Source: a virus
Taxonomy: Duplodnaviria > Caudoviricetes
Reading direction: 5' to 3' (one strand)
DNA: 64,000 nt
Virus record (IMG/VR): IMGVR_UViG_2840904412_000002
Location: 1-64,000 of that record
A program made the translations under genes and the position numbers. This document shows positions 1 through 10,077 of this stretch, piece after piece (within the stretch, counting starts at the first letter, position 1; each line of letters starts with the position of its first letter). The notes under the pieces are model-generated. The model saw only the letters and a program-made list of their open reading frames with translations, did no database searches and had not been told where the DNA came from.

Positions 1-2
1 AT

Positions 3-107
3 AAATGTTCTTGCGGAAATAATCTCGATAGAGATTATAACGCTAGTCTTAACTTGAAAAACTATAGGTACTCCAAATGGTATCAAAATAATATAATTTC
101 ACAATAA
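3..107 (+). CDS. tnpB: C-terminus of TnpB RNA-guided nuclease (gene starts upstream of window)
   Basis: Frame 3 reads KCSCGNNLDRDYNASLNLKNYRYSKWYQNNIISQ*: end of Zn ribbon plus RuvC-III DRD-N-A-NL motif. Confidence 0.85.
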   Translation, partial: KCSCGNNLDRDYNASLNLKNYRYSKWYQNNIISQ

Positions 108-265
108 AGAAATATATTATATGTAGGGTTCCGTAAACCCGAATTTAAGCCTTTGGAGTATCGTACAAACCTTAGTAGAGTAAATGAATATAGTAATTTA
201 CTCAAAAAGGGATACGTTGAAAAAGGAATAAAATTTTATAATTATTTATAAGTTTTAACTTACGG
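108..265 (+). mobile_element. Right end / omegaRNA scaffold of IS607-like tnpB element
   Basis: GTAGGGTTCCGTAAACCCGAATTTAAGCCTTTGGAG...TGAAAAAGGAA...AGTTTTAACTTACGG parallels 8661-8784 of the second element; ends in GG. Confidence 0.7.
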
Positions 266-389
266 CTGAGCAACGATTAACTAATAAGAATAAAGACATT
301 ACAAATCCATATTCTTATTAAAAAAAGTATTGACAATACAAGTACAATATGGTAGAATAAAAAAGAATTAAAATTTAAGGAGAGATTAT

Positions 390-1472
390 ATGTCATTTGC
401 AGATTTTTTAAGTCAAGAACAAAAGAAACAAGAAGGTTTTAATAACGATAATGTAGAACGTTACACACCTAAACAATCGGTATTACGTTTAGGTAAGCAA
501 AAAGATGGTTCACAAAAAGAGCAAGTATTAGTACGTATTTTACCTGCAACAGATGGAGGGTTTGCTTTTGCTAAAGCATTCCGTACTACTTTCATTAATT
601 ATACTAAAAAGAATGGGGAGCAAACAGGTTCTGGGTTAACACTACCTGCTGATAATGGTTCATCAGTACTAGACCCATTCATTAATGACTGGATTGCTAA
701 AAAGGTACAATTTAGTCGATTTCCTAATAAACCCTCATTACGCTACTTTATTCATGTTATTGAGTACGTAAATAATGGTGGTCAATTACAACCGATGAAG
801 GATGAACAGGGAAACTTAAAAGTACAACCTATGGAGATTTCAGGTACTGCATACACTAACATTATTAATGCTCTAGGTGACCCTATGTTAGCACCTAAGA
901 CTAACACAGACTTAAGATTTATTGCTCCTGATAATGCATTTATTGTCAATATTCGTAAAGCTAAAAAAGGTGAAATGCAATGGGGCGTTACTGTATACCC
1001 TACGGTAGAACTAGGAGCTTTACCTAATAACTGGAAAGACTTAACAAGTGACTTAGATAAGTTAGCTACACCAACAGAAGAACAAAACCCTAACTTTGTT
1101 AACTTCTTAATTAATAACGTAAATAACACTGAATTATCCACAGACAACTTCAAGTTTAATCGTGATACAAATAAGTTGGGGGAAGAACCTACACCTAAAC
1201 AAGAACCAACACAAGCACCAAGTGATAATGATATTGATAATATGATGCCTAGTAACTTAGGAGGTAATGAACCATACCAACCATCATCTAATCCTTTTGA
1301 TGTAGGTGATTTATCAGAACCTGAGCCATACGAAATGCCACAAAAACCAGTACAGCAACAAGAGCAACCTAAACAACAAGAACAGTATAAGCAAGCACCT
1401 ACTCAACAAAATAACCAAAGTATGCCACAAGATATTAATTCTATCTTAGGTGACTTAGATATTGACATTTAA
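390..1472 (+). CDS. Putative ssDNA-binding protein (gp32-like) upstream of recombinase
   Basis: VRILP motif, low-complexity Q/P linker, acidic tip (LGDLDIDI); sigmaA promoter TTGACA at 330; position before recA. Confidence 0.6.
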   Translation: MSFADFLSQEQKKQEGFNNDNVERYTPKQSVLRLGKQKDGSQKEQVLVRILPATDGGFAFAKAFRTTFINYTKKNGEQTGSGLTLPADNGSSVLDPFINDWIAKKVQFSRFPNKPSLRYFIHVIEYVNNGGQLQPMKDEQGNLKVQPMEISGTAYTNIINALGDPMLAPKTNTDLRFIAPDNAFIVNIRKAKKGEMQWGVTVYPTVELGALPNNWKDLTSDLDKLATPTEEQNPNFVNFLINNVNNTELSTDNFKFNRDTNKLGEEPTPKQEPTQAPSDNDIDNMMPSNLGGNEPYQPSSNPFDVGDLSEPEPYEMPQKPVQQQEQPKQQEQYKQAPTQQNNQSMPQDINSILGDLDIDI

Positions 1473-1474
1473 TC

Positions 1475-1496
1475 AAAAGGGCTATAAAGCCCTTTT
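1475..1496 (+). terminator. Intrinsic terminator
   Basis: AAAAGGGC-TATAAA-GCCCTTTT. Confidence 0.7.
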
Positions 1497-1544
1497 ATTA
1501 TACAATCATAAGATTTTAAGTTAGAAATAAAAGGAGAGATTTTA

Positions 1545-2768
1545 TTGGCTAGAGCTAAAAAAGGACAAGAAGTAGATTTATCACAATTAAATACAATTGA
1601 TTTAGGTAAGGAAATGGGATTAACATTACTTTCCGATACAAATAAAGCGGATATTAAAAACATTTTACCTACAATGGTTCCACAATATGATAGAATCTTA
1701 GGTGGTGGTATTCCTTTAGGACGACTTACCGAGGTTTACGGTTTAAATGCTAGTGGAAAGTCAACATTTGCCGTACACTTATCTCGTATTACTACACAGC
1801 TAGGTGTAATTACAGTATGGATTGACATTGAAGGTACTGCCGATAATAGACGTATGGAGCAGTTGGGGGTAGACGTGTCTAAACTATTCTCTATTCAAGC
1901 AGGAGAAGGTAGACTTAAAAATACAGTAGAATTATCTATTGAAACCGTAGGTAAGGAGTTAGAATACTGGATTGATACCTTTAATGAAAAATTACCAGGT
2001 GTACCGATTCTATTTATTTGGGATTCTTTAGGTGGAACACGTACAGATGAAGAAATTAAAGGAGGCATTGATACTAAGAAGATTGGTGTTAGGGCTTCTA
2101 GTGCACAAAAAGTAATCAATGCTATTACACCTAAATTAAATGAAACAAATACAGGTGTTCTTATTATTAACCAAGCTCGTGACAACTTAAATATGTCTAA
2201 TCCATATGATGACCCTATTAAGTCCACTGGTGGTAGAGCATTTGAACATGCGGCAAGTTTACGTATTAAAGTAAACAAAGGAGCTCAAATTAAACAATCA
2301 AAAGCTAGTGGTAAAGACGAGTACTCAGGTCATATTATGCGTATTGAAACTAAAAAGTCTAAACTATCAAGACCTAACCAAAAAGCAGAAGCTCAACTAC
2401 TATCCGAATGGGAATTAACTGATGGGACATTAATTAATGGTTTAGACCCACAAAATGTTGTATATCAAGAAGCAGTAGAAAAGGGCTTGATTACTAAAGG
2501 TGCTTGGAGAAATTATATTACACTTAATGGTGAAGAAATTAAGTTACGTGATGTAGAGTGGGTTCCTAGACTAAAAGAGGATTACGACCTATATTTAGAA
2601 TTATTTAAGCGTACTTATGTAGAAAATTTCCCTAATGGATACGCACCTCTAGAAAATAAAACAGTAAATGTTACACAACTAGATGAATATCAAGTATTAG
2701 AAGATTATTATAACGAGCTAAAAGAAAGTAATGAGGAACAAGCAGTAGAGGAAGATAATAATGAATAA
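1545..2768 (+). CDS. recA: RecA/UvsX-like recombinase
   Basis: GGGIPLGRLTEVYG, Walker A GLNASGKS, WIDIEG, IWDS, IINQAR, TGGRA. Confidence 0.95.
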   Translation: MARAKKGQEVDLSQLNTIDLGKEMGLTLLSDTNKADIKNILPTMVPQYDRILGGGIPLGRLTEVYGLNASGKSTFAVHLSRITTQLGVITVWIDIEGTADNRRMEQLGVDVSKLFSIQAGEGRLKNTVELSIETVGKELEYWIDTFNEKLPGVPILFIWDSLGGTRTDEEIKGGIDTKKIGVRASSAQKVINAITPKLNETNTGVLIINQARDNLNMSNPYDDPIKSTGGRAFEHAASLRIKVNKGAQIKQSKASGKDEYSGHIMRIETKKSKLSRPNQKAEAQLLSEWELTDGTLINGLDPQNVVYQEAVEKGLITKGAWRNYITLNGEEIKLRDVEWVPRLKEDYDLYLELFKRTYVENFPNGYAPLENKTVNVTQLDEYQVLEDYYNELKESNEEQAVEEDNNE

Positions 2769-3108
2769 CTTAATCGATGATAACATTAAGAAAGTTAAAA
2801 GGGCGTTAGTTGATACTAACTCCCTTGATATTGTACCAGAGCCATACCTTGCTATTGCTAGTAAGTTTAGAAAAGTAAAGGAAAAAGGTGAGCCTGTTAT
2901 TCTAGAAGATGCAGGATTCCCCCATACGAATTCTACTATTATGTATATTGACTATGTTTCTGATAGATGGGTTTTAGGTTACTCTTATACAAAAACAGAA
3001 AGACAAAATGTAAAAATACCTCGGACTATTCATTATTCAGACCTCTATGTTACGGATAAGTCTCACAAAGTTAATGTTATTTTTGAAGGAGATAATCCTT
3101 ATGAATAG
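2761..3108 (+). CDS. Conserved hypothetical protein
   Basis: ORF overlapping recA stop and sigma start. Confidence 0.75.
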   Translation: MNNLIDDNIKKVKRALVDTNSLDIVPEPYLAIASKFRKVKEKGEPVILEDAGFPHTNSTIMYIDYVSDRWVLGYSYTKTERQNVKIPRTIHYSDLYVTDKSHKVNVIFEGDNPYE

Positions 3109-3736
3109 ATACGTGGTAGACCCTACTATAACAGATTTAGAAAGAGATGTAGATACATTACTAGAAAAGTACAAAAATTTACGGTGGGCATTATATCACC
3201 GGTATGCAAGAGCACTATCTAATGGGGCTGAAAGACAGGAACTACAAGAATACATAGATGAGCAATTTATTAAGTTAGTTAAAGAATATAATATTAGAAG
3301 TGGCGTAGATTTTCCAGGATACATTAAATCTAAACTTACGTTGAGAGTTAGAAACAGCTATGTAAAGAAAAATAAAAAATATAAAAAAACTGAACTTTTA
3401 GGTAATAAAGATAATACAGTAGAGATGCTATCAGAACAGCTAGTTAGTGGTGTTAATGAATCTGATGTGATTAGCTATGTGTTTGAGGGTGTAGACTTTA
3501 ATGATACACAAAAGCTCTTACTTCACTATTTATTAGATGATGGATTTTATGAAGATTCATCTATAATTAGGTTAGTTTCTGAAGAGCTAGCAGTCCAAAG
3601 AAAAGATGTATCTAAAGAGCTAGAGGAACTTAGAACCTATATTAAGTTTAAAATTGATGCGTATCATGAAAACTTTACTAAGAACTTAATGGAGCATGGT
3701 AAAGTAAACACAGAAAATACAACATGGGAACTATAA
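3101..3736 (+). CDS. Phage RNA polymerase sigma factor (late)
   Basis: Region-2-like ELQEYIDEQFIKLVKEYN..DFPGYIK; position after recA typical of Twort-like phages. Confidence 0.8.
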   Translation: MNRYVVDPTITDLERDVDTLLEKYKNLRWALYHRYARALSNGAERQELQEYIDEQFIKLVKEYNIRSGVDFPGYIKSKLTLRVRNSYVKKNKKYKKTELLGNKDNTVEMLSEQLVSGVNESDVISYVFEGVDFNDTQKLLLHYLLDDGFYEDSSIIRLVSEELAVQRKDVSKELEELRTYIKFKIDAYHENFTKNLMEHGKVNTENTTWEL

Positions 3737-3769
3737 AAGGGTACTTTAAGTACCCTTTTTGTTATATTA
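3735..3769 (+). promoter_or_regulatory. Terminator followed by late promoter TGTTATATTA
   Basis: AAAAGGGTAC-TTTAA-GTACCCTTTTT then TGTTATATTA (3760-3769) before virion genes. Confidence 0.7.
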
Positions 3770-3806
3770 AAATTGAATTTATAAAGAAGAAAAAGGAGCT
3801 TAAACT

Positions 3807-4445
3807 ATGGCTAAAAAGAATGTAAATGAGCTACTTAAACAAGAAACTGTAGAAGTAGCAAATAAATATTTACAAGTAGTAACACATAGAGATGGTTACA
3901 CACGTACACATGAAGGAAAATACTCATACAAAGTAGTAGATAAGTCTGGAGAATTATTTATTTTTCCAGTTCAAACAGATGGTTATGGTAAACTACAAGT
4001 GATGGTAGAATCACCAATTGCTTACACAGACGGTAATAACATCCACTTTGTAGTGAACACATTGACAGACCCCTACACACAAGCATTTATTCGTACCGAA
4101 GAGATTAGTGGCTTAAATAAAGGTAAACAACTTATTCAAGCATTTTTAGCTTTTATTGAGGACCGTTTCCGCTTTGGTATTTATAATATCTTTGTTGTGG
4201 ATAAAGAAGATGCTAAAGTATTAGCCGATGTTGCGGACACAGATGCAGACGAGGTGGAAGAAGTTAAAGGTCGTGCTTTTGAAGATGTAATCACTAATTA
4301 TCCAACAGGTAATGCTCGTGAGGACGTACGTCACGCAGACCAAAGCGATGGTATGGGAGATACTTCAGAACCCTCAGCACCTAAAAGTCCTACTGAGGTA
4401 CAAGTAGAACCTGGTGAAACTTCAGCAGACATTTCAGTAGAATAG
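3807..4445 (+). CDS. Putative virion structural protein
   Basis: Late promoter, strong RBS, acidic/Pro C-terminus (PKSPTEVQVEPGETSADIS). Confidence 0.6.
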   Translation: MAKKNVNELLKQETVEVANKYLQVVTHRDGYTRTHEGKYSYKVVDKSGELFIFPVQTDGYGKLQVMVESPIAYTDGNNIHFVVNTLTDPYTQAFIRTEEISGLNKGKQLIQAFLAFIEDRFRFGIYNIFVVDKEDAKVLADVADTDADEVEEVKGRAFEDVITNYPTGNAREDVRHADQSDGMGDTSEPSAPKSPTEVQVEPGETSADISVE

Positions 4446-4456
4446 GAGAGTAAGTA

Positions 4457-4672
4457 ATGGCTAAAACATTAAAAGTTTACAAAAAAGATAATGGTGAGGT
4501 AGTAGGACAAAAAGAAGTAACTGAAGGTACTACTACAGTCACAATTACAGGTCTTGAGGAAGGTACTACGTATGAGGAAGGAACTTTCCAAGTAGCTTTC
4601 TCTAATGAGTCTGGAGAGTCTCAAAAAGTAGATGTTCCAGAATTTACTACAACCAACTCAGACACTATATAA
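4457..4672 (+). CDS. Small FN3/Ig-like tail-associated protein
   Basis: VTITGLEEGTTY...ESQKVDVPEFTT FN3-like signature. Confidence 0.7.
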   Translation: MAKTLKVYKKDNGEVVGQKEVTEGTTTVTITGLEEGTTYEEGTFQVAFSNESGESQKVDVPEFTTTNSDTI

Positions 4673-4678
4673 AAAGTT

Positions 4679-4708
4679 AGACTAGGATTAATTTCCTAGT
4701 CTTTTTTT
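4679..4708 (+). terminator. Intrinsic terminator
   Basis: AGACTAGGA-TTAATT-TCCTAGTCT-TTTTTT. Confidence 0.8.
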
Positions 4709-4768
4709 ATTGACAACGTTTTATCTTTGTGTTATGATTGTTTATGAAATTAAGAAAGGAGATTTTCT

Positions 4769-5011
4769 ATGGAACTTATTTTATTAAGAGGAGCATATGA
4801 CTATTTAAAGGTTAAGTATGCCATGGAGAACAAAGAAAAGTATGTTGCGGTGGCTTTTGACGATACTTCTGTAGAAACATTAAATGTAATGAGTATGATG
4901 AATGTCATTCAAGACTATCTACACATGTATGGTTATAGAGTATCAGAGTACGGTAAAATGAATACTGATGAAGATGTTAAAGGTTACTTATACGAAAGGA
5001 TTGAGGACTAA
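4769..5011 (+). CDS. Hypothetical protein
   Basis: ORF with RBS and sigmaA promoter. Confidence 0.7.
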   Translation: MELILLRGAYDYLKVKYAMENKEKYVAVAFDDTSVETLNVMSMMNVIQDYLHMYGYRVSEYGKMNTDEDVKGYLYERIED

Positions 5012-5745
5012 TGCTTATTATCTATAATAAAAATCATATACAGTCACCAGAAGTTTACAAACACTTAGGGTACGTTGTAGACGGAGACGAATGTACTGTA
5101 AAAGATAATCAAGATGCAATTAAAGTAATTAAAGAAGCACAAGATAGGGATATTATGTTAGTAGGGTTTATTTACACAAAAGACCTTGAGTGCTTAACAG
5201 AACTAGGTAAAAATATTTATTGGGTATCTAATGTGGGTACTGTACCTACATTATTTAAGCACGTAAACAACAGTAAAACAAAATCTTTGTTAGAGCAAAC
5301 AGTAGAGTTATTACCAGAAGAGTATAATGTTTTTGATTATACTAAAGAATATATGAAGAAAGCAACTGACTACTATAACTTTAAGAATGATGAATACTTA
5401 GAAGAATTAGACATTGATAAAGACCTTATTGACATGTTAGCTAAAAAGTGCTATACTAATGGGGACTTGTATTTTATTTATGAGTTAGACCCTAAACTTA
5501 AATTACCTATTGCATATAATATTGCAAGAGATAAAGACAAAGCTATTGTAGTTATAGGGTCACAAACAGCTAGTGATAATGACATGCTCTCTTTCTATGT
5601 AAAAGGGTATTATGTAGGTGAAGTAGCAAGTATGTTTAATGCAGAGTATGAGATTGGTAGTAACACCTTTACTGCATTTATCCCTAGTCATATTAATGTA
5701 GTAGGTAAAAGCCTAAAAAAATATATGGAGGAATCCGATGTATAA
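5011..5745 (+). CDS. Hypothetical protein
   Basis: 244-aa coupled ORF. Confidence 0.75.
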   Translation: MLIIYNKNHIQSPEVYKHLGYVVDGDECTVKDNQDAIKVIKEAQDRDIMLVGFIYTKDLECLTELGKNIYWVSNVGTVPTLFKHVNNSKTKSLLEQTVELLPEEYNVFDYTKEYMKKATDYYNFKNDEYLEELDIDKDLIDMLAKKCYTNGDLYFIYELDPKLKLPIAYNIARDKDKAIVVIGSQTASDNDMLSFYVKGYYVGEVASMFNAEYEIGSNTFTAFIPSHINVVGKSLKKYMEESDV

Positions 5746-6973
5746 GTCAGTAGAAGAAGTTTATGCAATTGTCTTTGGTGTTTTAGCTAAAGATGAGGGT
5801 AAGATTGTTAGTAGTAAATTTAATAAAATTCTAAATGAAATCGGTATTGATAGAGTTTCAGTTAATGACTTAAAAGATATTTCTGAGATGATTCATGAAG
5901 ATGGTTATTTAAACGGGTTGAAAAATGATGCTATTTTAGGTAAAGTATCATTAAAAGACCTTGAGAGCGTAGAAGGAAAAAAAGTATTTAAAGATAATAA
6001 CTATTTAGATACAGTTTCTACTTATATAGTAGAGAATGAGAAACGATTATCTAATTTACGTGAATTACGTAAGCACCAAAAAAGTGGTGCTTACATGGAA
6101 ATGCTTATGGAAGGTCTTAAACAAGATTTAGTTAGAGAACTTAAAGACCCTATTATTGAAGAGCGTGATATTGTATTAGGACATACTGATAAAGAGTTAG
6201 TACTACTATTATCAGATTTTCATGTAGGATTCACTTCAAGAGATTTAGATAATAAATATAACTTTGAAGTTCTATCTAACCGGTTAAAGAAATATCTTGA
6301 CGAAGTACAGACAATTATTTTTGATGCCGATATTGATGATGTAAGTATCTTTTTCGTGGGAGACTTAGTAGAGCACACTAACATGCGTGATGTTAACCAA
6401 GCATTTGACACAGAGTTTACTATGAGTGAGCAGATTGCTAAAGGTACTAGACTTTTATTAGATATTATTAAAAATGTATCTGATATGGTAGATGGTACTG
6501 TTACGTTTGGTATCGTTGCAGGTAATCATGATAGGTTACAAGGAAATAAAAACCATAAAATCTATAATGATAGTGTAGCATATATTGTTTTAGATTCTCT
6601 GCTATGTATGCAAGAGAATGGAGTTATTAATGATGTCAATATTATTGATAATAGGGAAGATATTTATAAGTTCTACCACAAAGTAAAAAACACTAATATC
6701 TGTGTAACACATGGAGACTCCTTAAAAGGTAAGGGTAATAATATCAATAAAGTAGAAGTTAAAGAGAACGTAGATGTATTAGTAACAGGTCATGTACATC
6801 ACTTTAATGCTACACAAGAAGATTTCCATAAAACTCATGTTGTGGCAAGTAGTCCTATTGGATTCAATAATTACTCTAAAGAATTAAACCTATCTAGAAC
6901 TTCACCTAGCCAACAAATGCTTTTAGTAGATAGTAGTAAAAACTTAACAATTAAAACAGTATTTTTAGATTAG
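5738..6973 (+). CDS. Calcineurin-like metallophosphoesterase
   Basis: SDFH, GDL, GNHD, HGD, GHVH motifs. Confidence 0.9.
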   Translation: MYKSVEEVYAIVFGVLAKDEGKIVSSKFNKILNEIGIDRVSVNDLKDISEMIHEDGYLNGLKNDAILGKVSLKDLESVEGKKVFKDNNYLDTVSTYIVENEKRLSNLRELRKHQKSGAYMEMLMEGLKQDLVRELKDPIIEERDIVLGHTDKELVLLLSDFHVGFTSRDLDNKYNFEVLSNRLKKYLDEVQTIIFDADIDDVSIFFVGDLVEHTNMRDVNQAFDTEFTMSEQIAKGTRLLLDIIKNVSDMVDGTVTFGIVAGNHDRLQGNKNHKIYNDSVAYIVLDSLLCMQENGVINDVNIIDNREDIYKFYHKVKNTNICVTHGDSLKGKGNNINKVEVKENVDVLVTGHVHHFNATQEDFHKTHVVASSPIGFNNYSKELNLSRTSPSQQMLLVDSSKNLTIKTVFLD

Positions 6974-6982
6974 AGGGATTCT

Positions 6983-7348
6983 ATGAGTAATTTATTAATA
7001 ATTTGTATAGTATATGCTGTAGTGGTAACAATTAATGTAATCACTAAAGTTTTAGAAATATGGTCTTTTGAGAAGCGTAGTGTTGCTATGGGTAAAAGCG
7101 CATTTAGTAATTTTGTTTACTATTATGAAATTATCCCGTACACAGTAGGATTGATTACTCTTGTAATCATTTCTTACTATAGTTATATATTACCTAACCC
7201 TAATACAGTAGTTCATATTGTTGTATTTACAGGATTAGTAGCTTTTTTCTACTTTTTAGTAGGCGTTATTGCAGTATTTATTATATCAGTAGTAGAGGCA
7301 AATATTGTACGTAAGAGAACTAAAGAAAATGAGAGTCAAGACGAATAA
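6983..7348 (+). CDS. Membrane protein
   Basis: Three hydrophobic segments. Confidence 0.7.
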   Translation: MSNLLIICIVYAVVVTINVITKVLEIWSFEKRSVAMGKSAFSNFVYYYEIIPYTVGLITLVIISYYSYILPNPNTVVHIVVFTGLVAFFYFLVGVIAVFIISVVEANIVRKRTKENESQDE

Positions 7349-7470
7349 GTCTTGACTTTTTTTATTGTGTATGCTAAATTAATAAAGAGAAGTTTAACTG
7401 CTATTAAATTCATATACAAATATTGACATAAATGTGTAAATGTGTTGTTTTAGAAGTGCGGTGATAAACA

Positions 7471-7500
7471 ATGATTAAGTATAAGGATGATGAATTATGA
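7471..7500 (+). pseudogene. Possible remnant of deleted tnpA (MIKYKDDEL*)
   Basis: RBS GCGGTGAT, 9-codon ORF whose stop overlaps tnpB start as ATGA, the usual tnpA-tnpB coupling. Confidence 0.45.
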
Positions 7501-8603
7501 TAAGTTATAGAGCAGAAATAAAACCAAATAAGCAACAGACAGATGAAATTAATAAAACTATTGATGCATGTAGGAGTGTATACAACAAATTCATTGAAGT
7601 TAATAAATTTCGTTATGATAATGGTTTAAAGTTTTTAAACCATAAAAAGTTTAGTGTTTGGTATAACAATGAATTCATTCCAAATAATAAAGACAAGAAA
7701 TGGACTAAAGAAGTCAATACTAAAGCTACTAAGCAAGCTATGGCAAATGCAGAAAATGCTTATGTCAGATTTTGGAAGTATAATAATGGGTATCCGAACT
7801 TTAAGAAAAAACAAAGCAATGGTGCTTATTATTTAATAGGAACAATTAAAGTAGAAAGACACAGAATACAACTACCTAATTTAAAGTGGGTTAAGTTGAA
7901 AGAGAAAGGATATATACCAAAAAGTAATGTGAAATCAGCTACTGTAATTAAAGAAAGTAATAGATATTTTGTATCAGTATTAGTTGATGAAGAACCTAAA
8001 CCTATATTAAAGAAATACCAAACTGAGGGTATTGGAATAGACTTAGGATTAAAAGATACTTTATTTACACCTAAAGGTGTTCATATTACTGATTTAAGGA
8101 AAAATAAAAGACTTATTAAGTTAAATAAGTCCTTAAAGCGACAGCAAAGAAATTTATCAAGAAAACAAAAGAAGTCTAATAACTGGCTTAGACAACTGTT
8201 AAAAGTACGGAGATTATATAGAAAAATAGCTAATATTAAGAAAGATATTAAACAAAAGAAAGTTTTAGAAATAGTAAGAGAAAACCCGCAGTTTATCACA
8301 ATTGAAAATTTAAATATTAAAGGGATGATGAAAAATAGAAAACTCTCTAACAGTTTCCAACAAATAGGTTTAGGTTACATTATTGAGTGGCTTAAGTGGA
8401 AATGCTATCAGTATGGTATAGAATTAAGACAAGTAGATAGATTTTACCCTTCTAGCCAAATATGTAACTGTTGTGGTCATAAACAAAAAATGCCTTTAAA
8501 TAAAAGAATTTACAAATGTGAAAATTGTGGTATGATAGAAGATAGAGATATAAATGCAAGTATTAATTTAAAACAAGCAAAAGATTATACCGTTATTGTA
8601 TAA
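7497..8603 (+). CDS. tnpB: TnpB RNA-guided endonuclease
   Basis: N-terminal HTH, RuvC-I GIDLG, RuvC-II IENL, Zn finger CNCC..CENC, RuvC-III DRDINAS; D-E-D triad intact. Confidence 0.95.
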   Translation: MISYRAEIKPNKQQTDEINKTIDACRSVYNKFIEVNKFRYDNGLKFLNHKKFSVWYNNEFIPNNKDKKWTKEVNTKATKQAMANAENAYVRFWKYNNGYPNFKKKQSNGAYYLIGTIKVERHRIQLPNLKWVKLKEKGYIPKSNVKSATVIKESNRYFVSVLVDEEPKPILKKYQTEGIGIDLGLKDTLFTPKGVHITDLRKNKRLIKLNKSLKRQQRNLSRKQKKSNNWLRQLLKVRRLYRKIANIKKDIKQKKVLEIVRENPQFITIENLNIKGMMKNRKLSNSFQQIGLGYIIEWLKWKCYQYGIELRQVDRFYPSSQICNCCGHKQKMPLNKRIYKCENCGMIEDRDINASINLKQAKDYTVIV

Positions 8604-8800
8604 TAAACTAAGAAAGGAAAACTACTAAAAGATAATAACACATATTAAATGTTATATAAATATACGGTGGGCTACATCGGAATTAACGCTCTGGGAGTGG
8701 TTTTTAGACCTAGTTGTAGATACAACTAACCACAGTGAAAGGAGAAACTTTCTAAACACATTTAAGTATGTTTTTAGTAGCAGGTGATTTTTTTTATGGA
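8604..8800 (+). ncRNA. Predicted omegaRNA (right-end RNA); guide read from flank after ~8784
   Basis: TACGGTGGGCTACATCGGAATTAACGCTCTGGGAG..GTGAAAGGAGAA scaffold downstream of tnpB. Confidence 0.65.
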
Positions 8801-9332
8801 TTTTTCATTTACAGGCTTTGAAGATGAGAACATTACAATGCGTATATCGGAAGGCGTATATTATTTTAAAGATGAGCCTATATACTGGGTAGAGCACATC
8901 GAAGAGAATTCTGATGAGTACGTTTTTGTATATGACATACATGATAAGAAAGAAGAAAAACCACAAAAAGCATATAGAGTAGAAGAAATATCTAAAACTT
9001 TAAAAGGTGGAACTTACTTAAGTAATCGAATAAAAAGCCTTATTCCTATCAAGAAGCAATATAAAAAAGTATATAAAGAACCCTTATTTGTTGCTAATGT
9101 TATTCCTAGTGGAATAGGTATAGATACTATTACTGGTAGGAGCGGTAAAGGGTTTTTTGAACGACAACGAGAAGAACGTATTGCAACATCTAAAGGAATA
9201 AGTGTAAAAGGCGGGGACTATACAGGAGTGTTTATTACACTAGAAAACGTAAAGTGGAATAAATCGTATATTCCTCTAGAAAGTGTCATAGAGTATTATA
9301 AGCAAACTAAAGAAGGTAGGATTAATGTCTGA
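8796..9332 (+). CDS. Conserved hypothetical protein
   Basis: ORF; RBS AGGTGA formed at the IS right junction. Confidence 0.75.
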   Translation: MDFSFTGFEDENITMRISEGVYYFKDEPIYWVEHIEENSDEYVFVYDIHDKKEEKPQKAYRVEEISKTLKGGTYLSNRIKSLIPIKKQYKKVYKEPLFVANVIPSGIGIDTITGRSGKGFFERQREERIATSKGISVKGGDYTGVFITLENVKWNKSYIPLESVIEYYKQTKEGRINV

Positions 9333-10077
9333 GATGTTTTATGAACAAGATATTAAAGATTTAATTAGAACTAAGAAACACTTATTCCTTGATGATGAAA
9401 TTACGAGTAATATAGACGATATTAAGATATTTAATGAGAAAGTAATATGCCAAGGGAAATGTAGAACAGATTGCTTAGTACTAGACCGTAATGGTACAGT
9501 TATGGGGATAGAGATAAAAACAGAAAGAGACTCTACACAAAGATTAAATAAACAACTGTATTACTATAGTCTAGTCTGTAAATATGTTTATGTATTTTGC
9601 CATGACAAACATGTACCTAAGGTAGAAAAGATACTCAAAGAACATAAACATGACCATGTAGGAATCATTAGTTATATCAACTTCAGGAACAAACCTACAG
9701 TAGGTAAGTACAAACAAGCAACACCATCACCTTTCAGAAGCCCTTACCATACTTTAAATATATTATGGAAGTACTCTTTACTAACTATGTTAAGAATCAT
9801 TAGAGACTACCCTAAATATTATAATAAAAATGCAATACATACATTTAATAAAAATGGACATCAAAATGAGTTAGCTACTAAGGGTACACAGTCTTTAAGA
9901 ATGAAGAAGCCTGCTATCATTAATCAAATTATTGGTTTTATAGGAGTAGAAAAAACATATCAGTTATTTTGTAGATGTGTGATATATGGGTATGATAATA
10001 GATGGCAACTTATTGATGAATCGTTTTTTGATGTAGTTAAGAATGGGGTGATTGGTATATATGAAGAAGAAAGATAA
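9325..10077 (+). CDS. PD-(D/E)xK nuclease-fold protein (sce7726-like)
   Basis: E..RTD...GIEIKTERD...RL..Q...Y pattern. Confidence 0.65.
   Translation: MSEMFYEQDIKDLIRTKKHLFLDDEITSNIDDIKIFNEKVICQGKCRTDCLVLDRNGTVMGIEIKTERDSTQRLNKQLYYYSLVCKYVYVFCHDKHVPKVEKILKEHKHDHVGIISYINFRNKPTVGKYKQATPSPFRSPYHTLNILWKYSLLTMLRIIRDYPKYYNKNAIHTFNKNGHQNELATKGTQSLRMKKPAIINQIIGFIGVEKTYQLFCRCVIYGYDNRWQLIDESFFDVVKNGVIGIYEEER

Larger units (their letters stand above)
7393..8784 (+). mobile_element. Non-autonomous IS607-like element (tnpB only)
   Basis: Imperfect terminal inverted repeats CTGCTATTAAATTCATA (7398) vs TATGTTTTTAGTAGCAG (to 8783); tnpB; structured right end; ends in GG. Confidence 0.75.

Noticed and set aside
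782-2278. Reverse-strand ORFs 782..1153, 1469..1663, 1895..2278 (and similar shadow ORFs elsewhere, e.g. 34325..34714, 54605..55009)
   Set aside because: Antisense to well-supported genes, no RBS, shadow-frame composition
7497-8603. TnpB as a nuclease-dead TldR-type regulator
   Set aside because: All three RuvC acidic residues are present and element ends are retained
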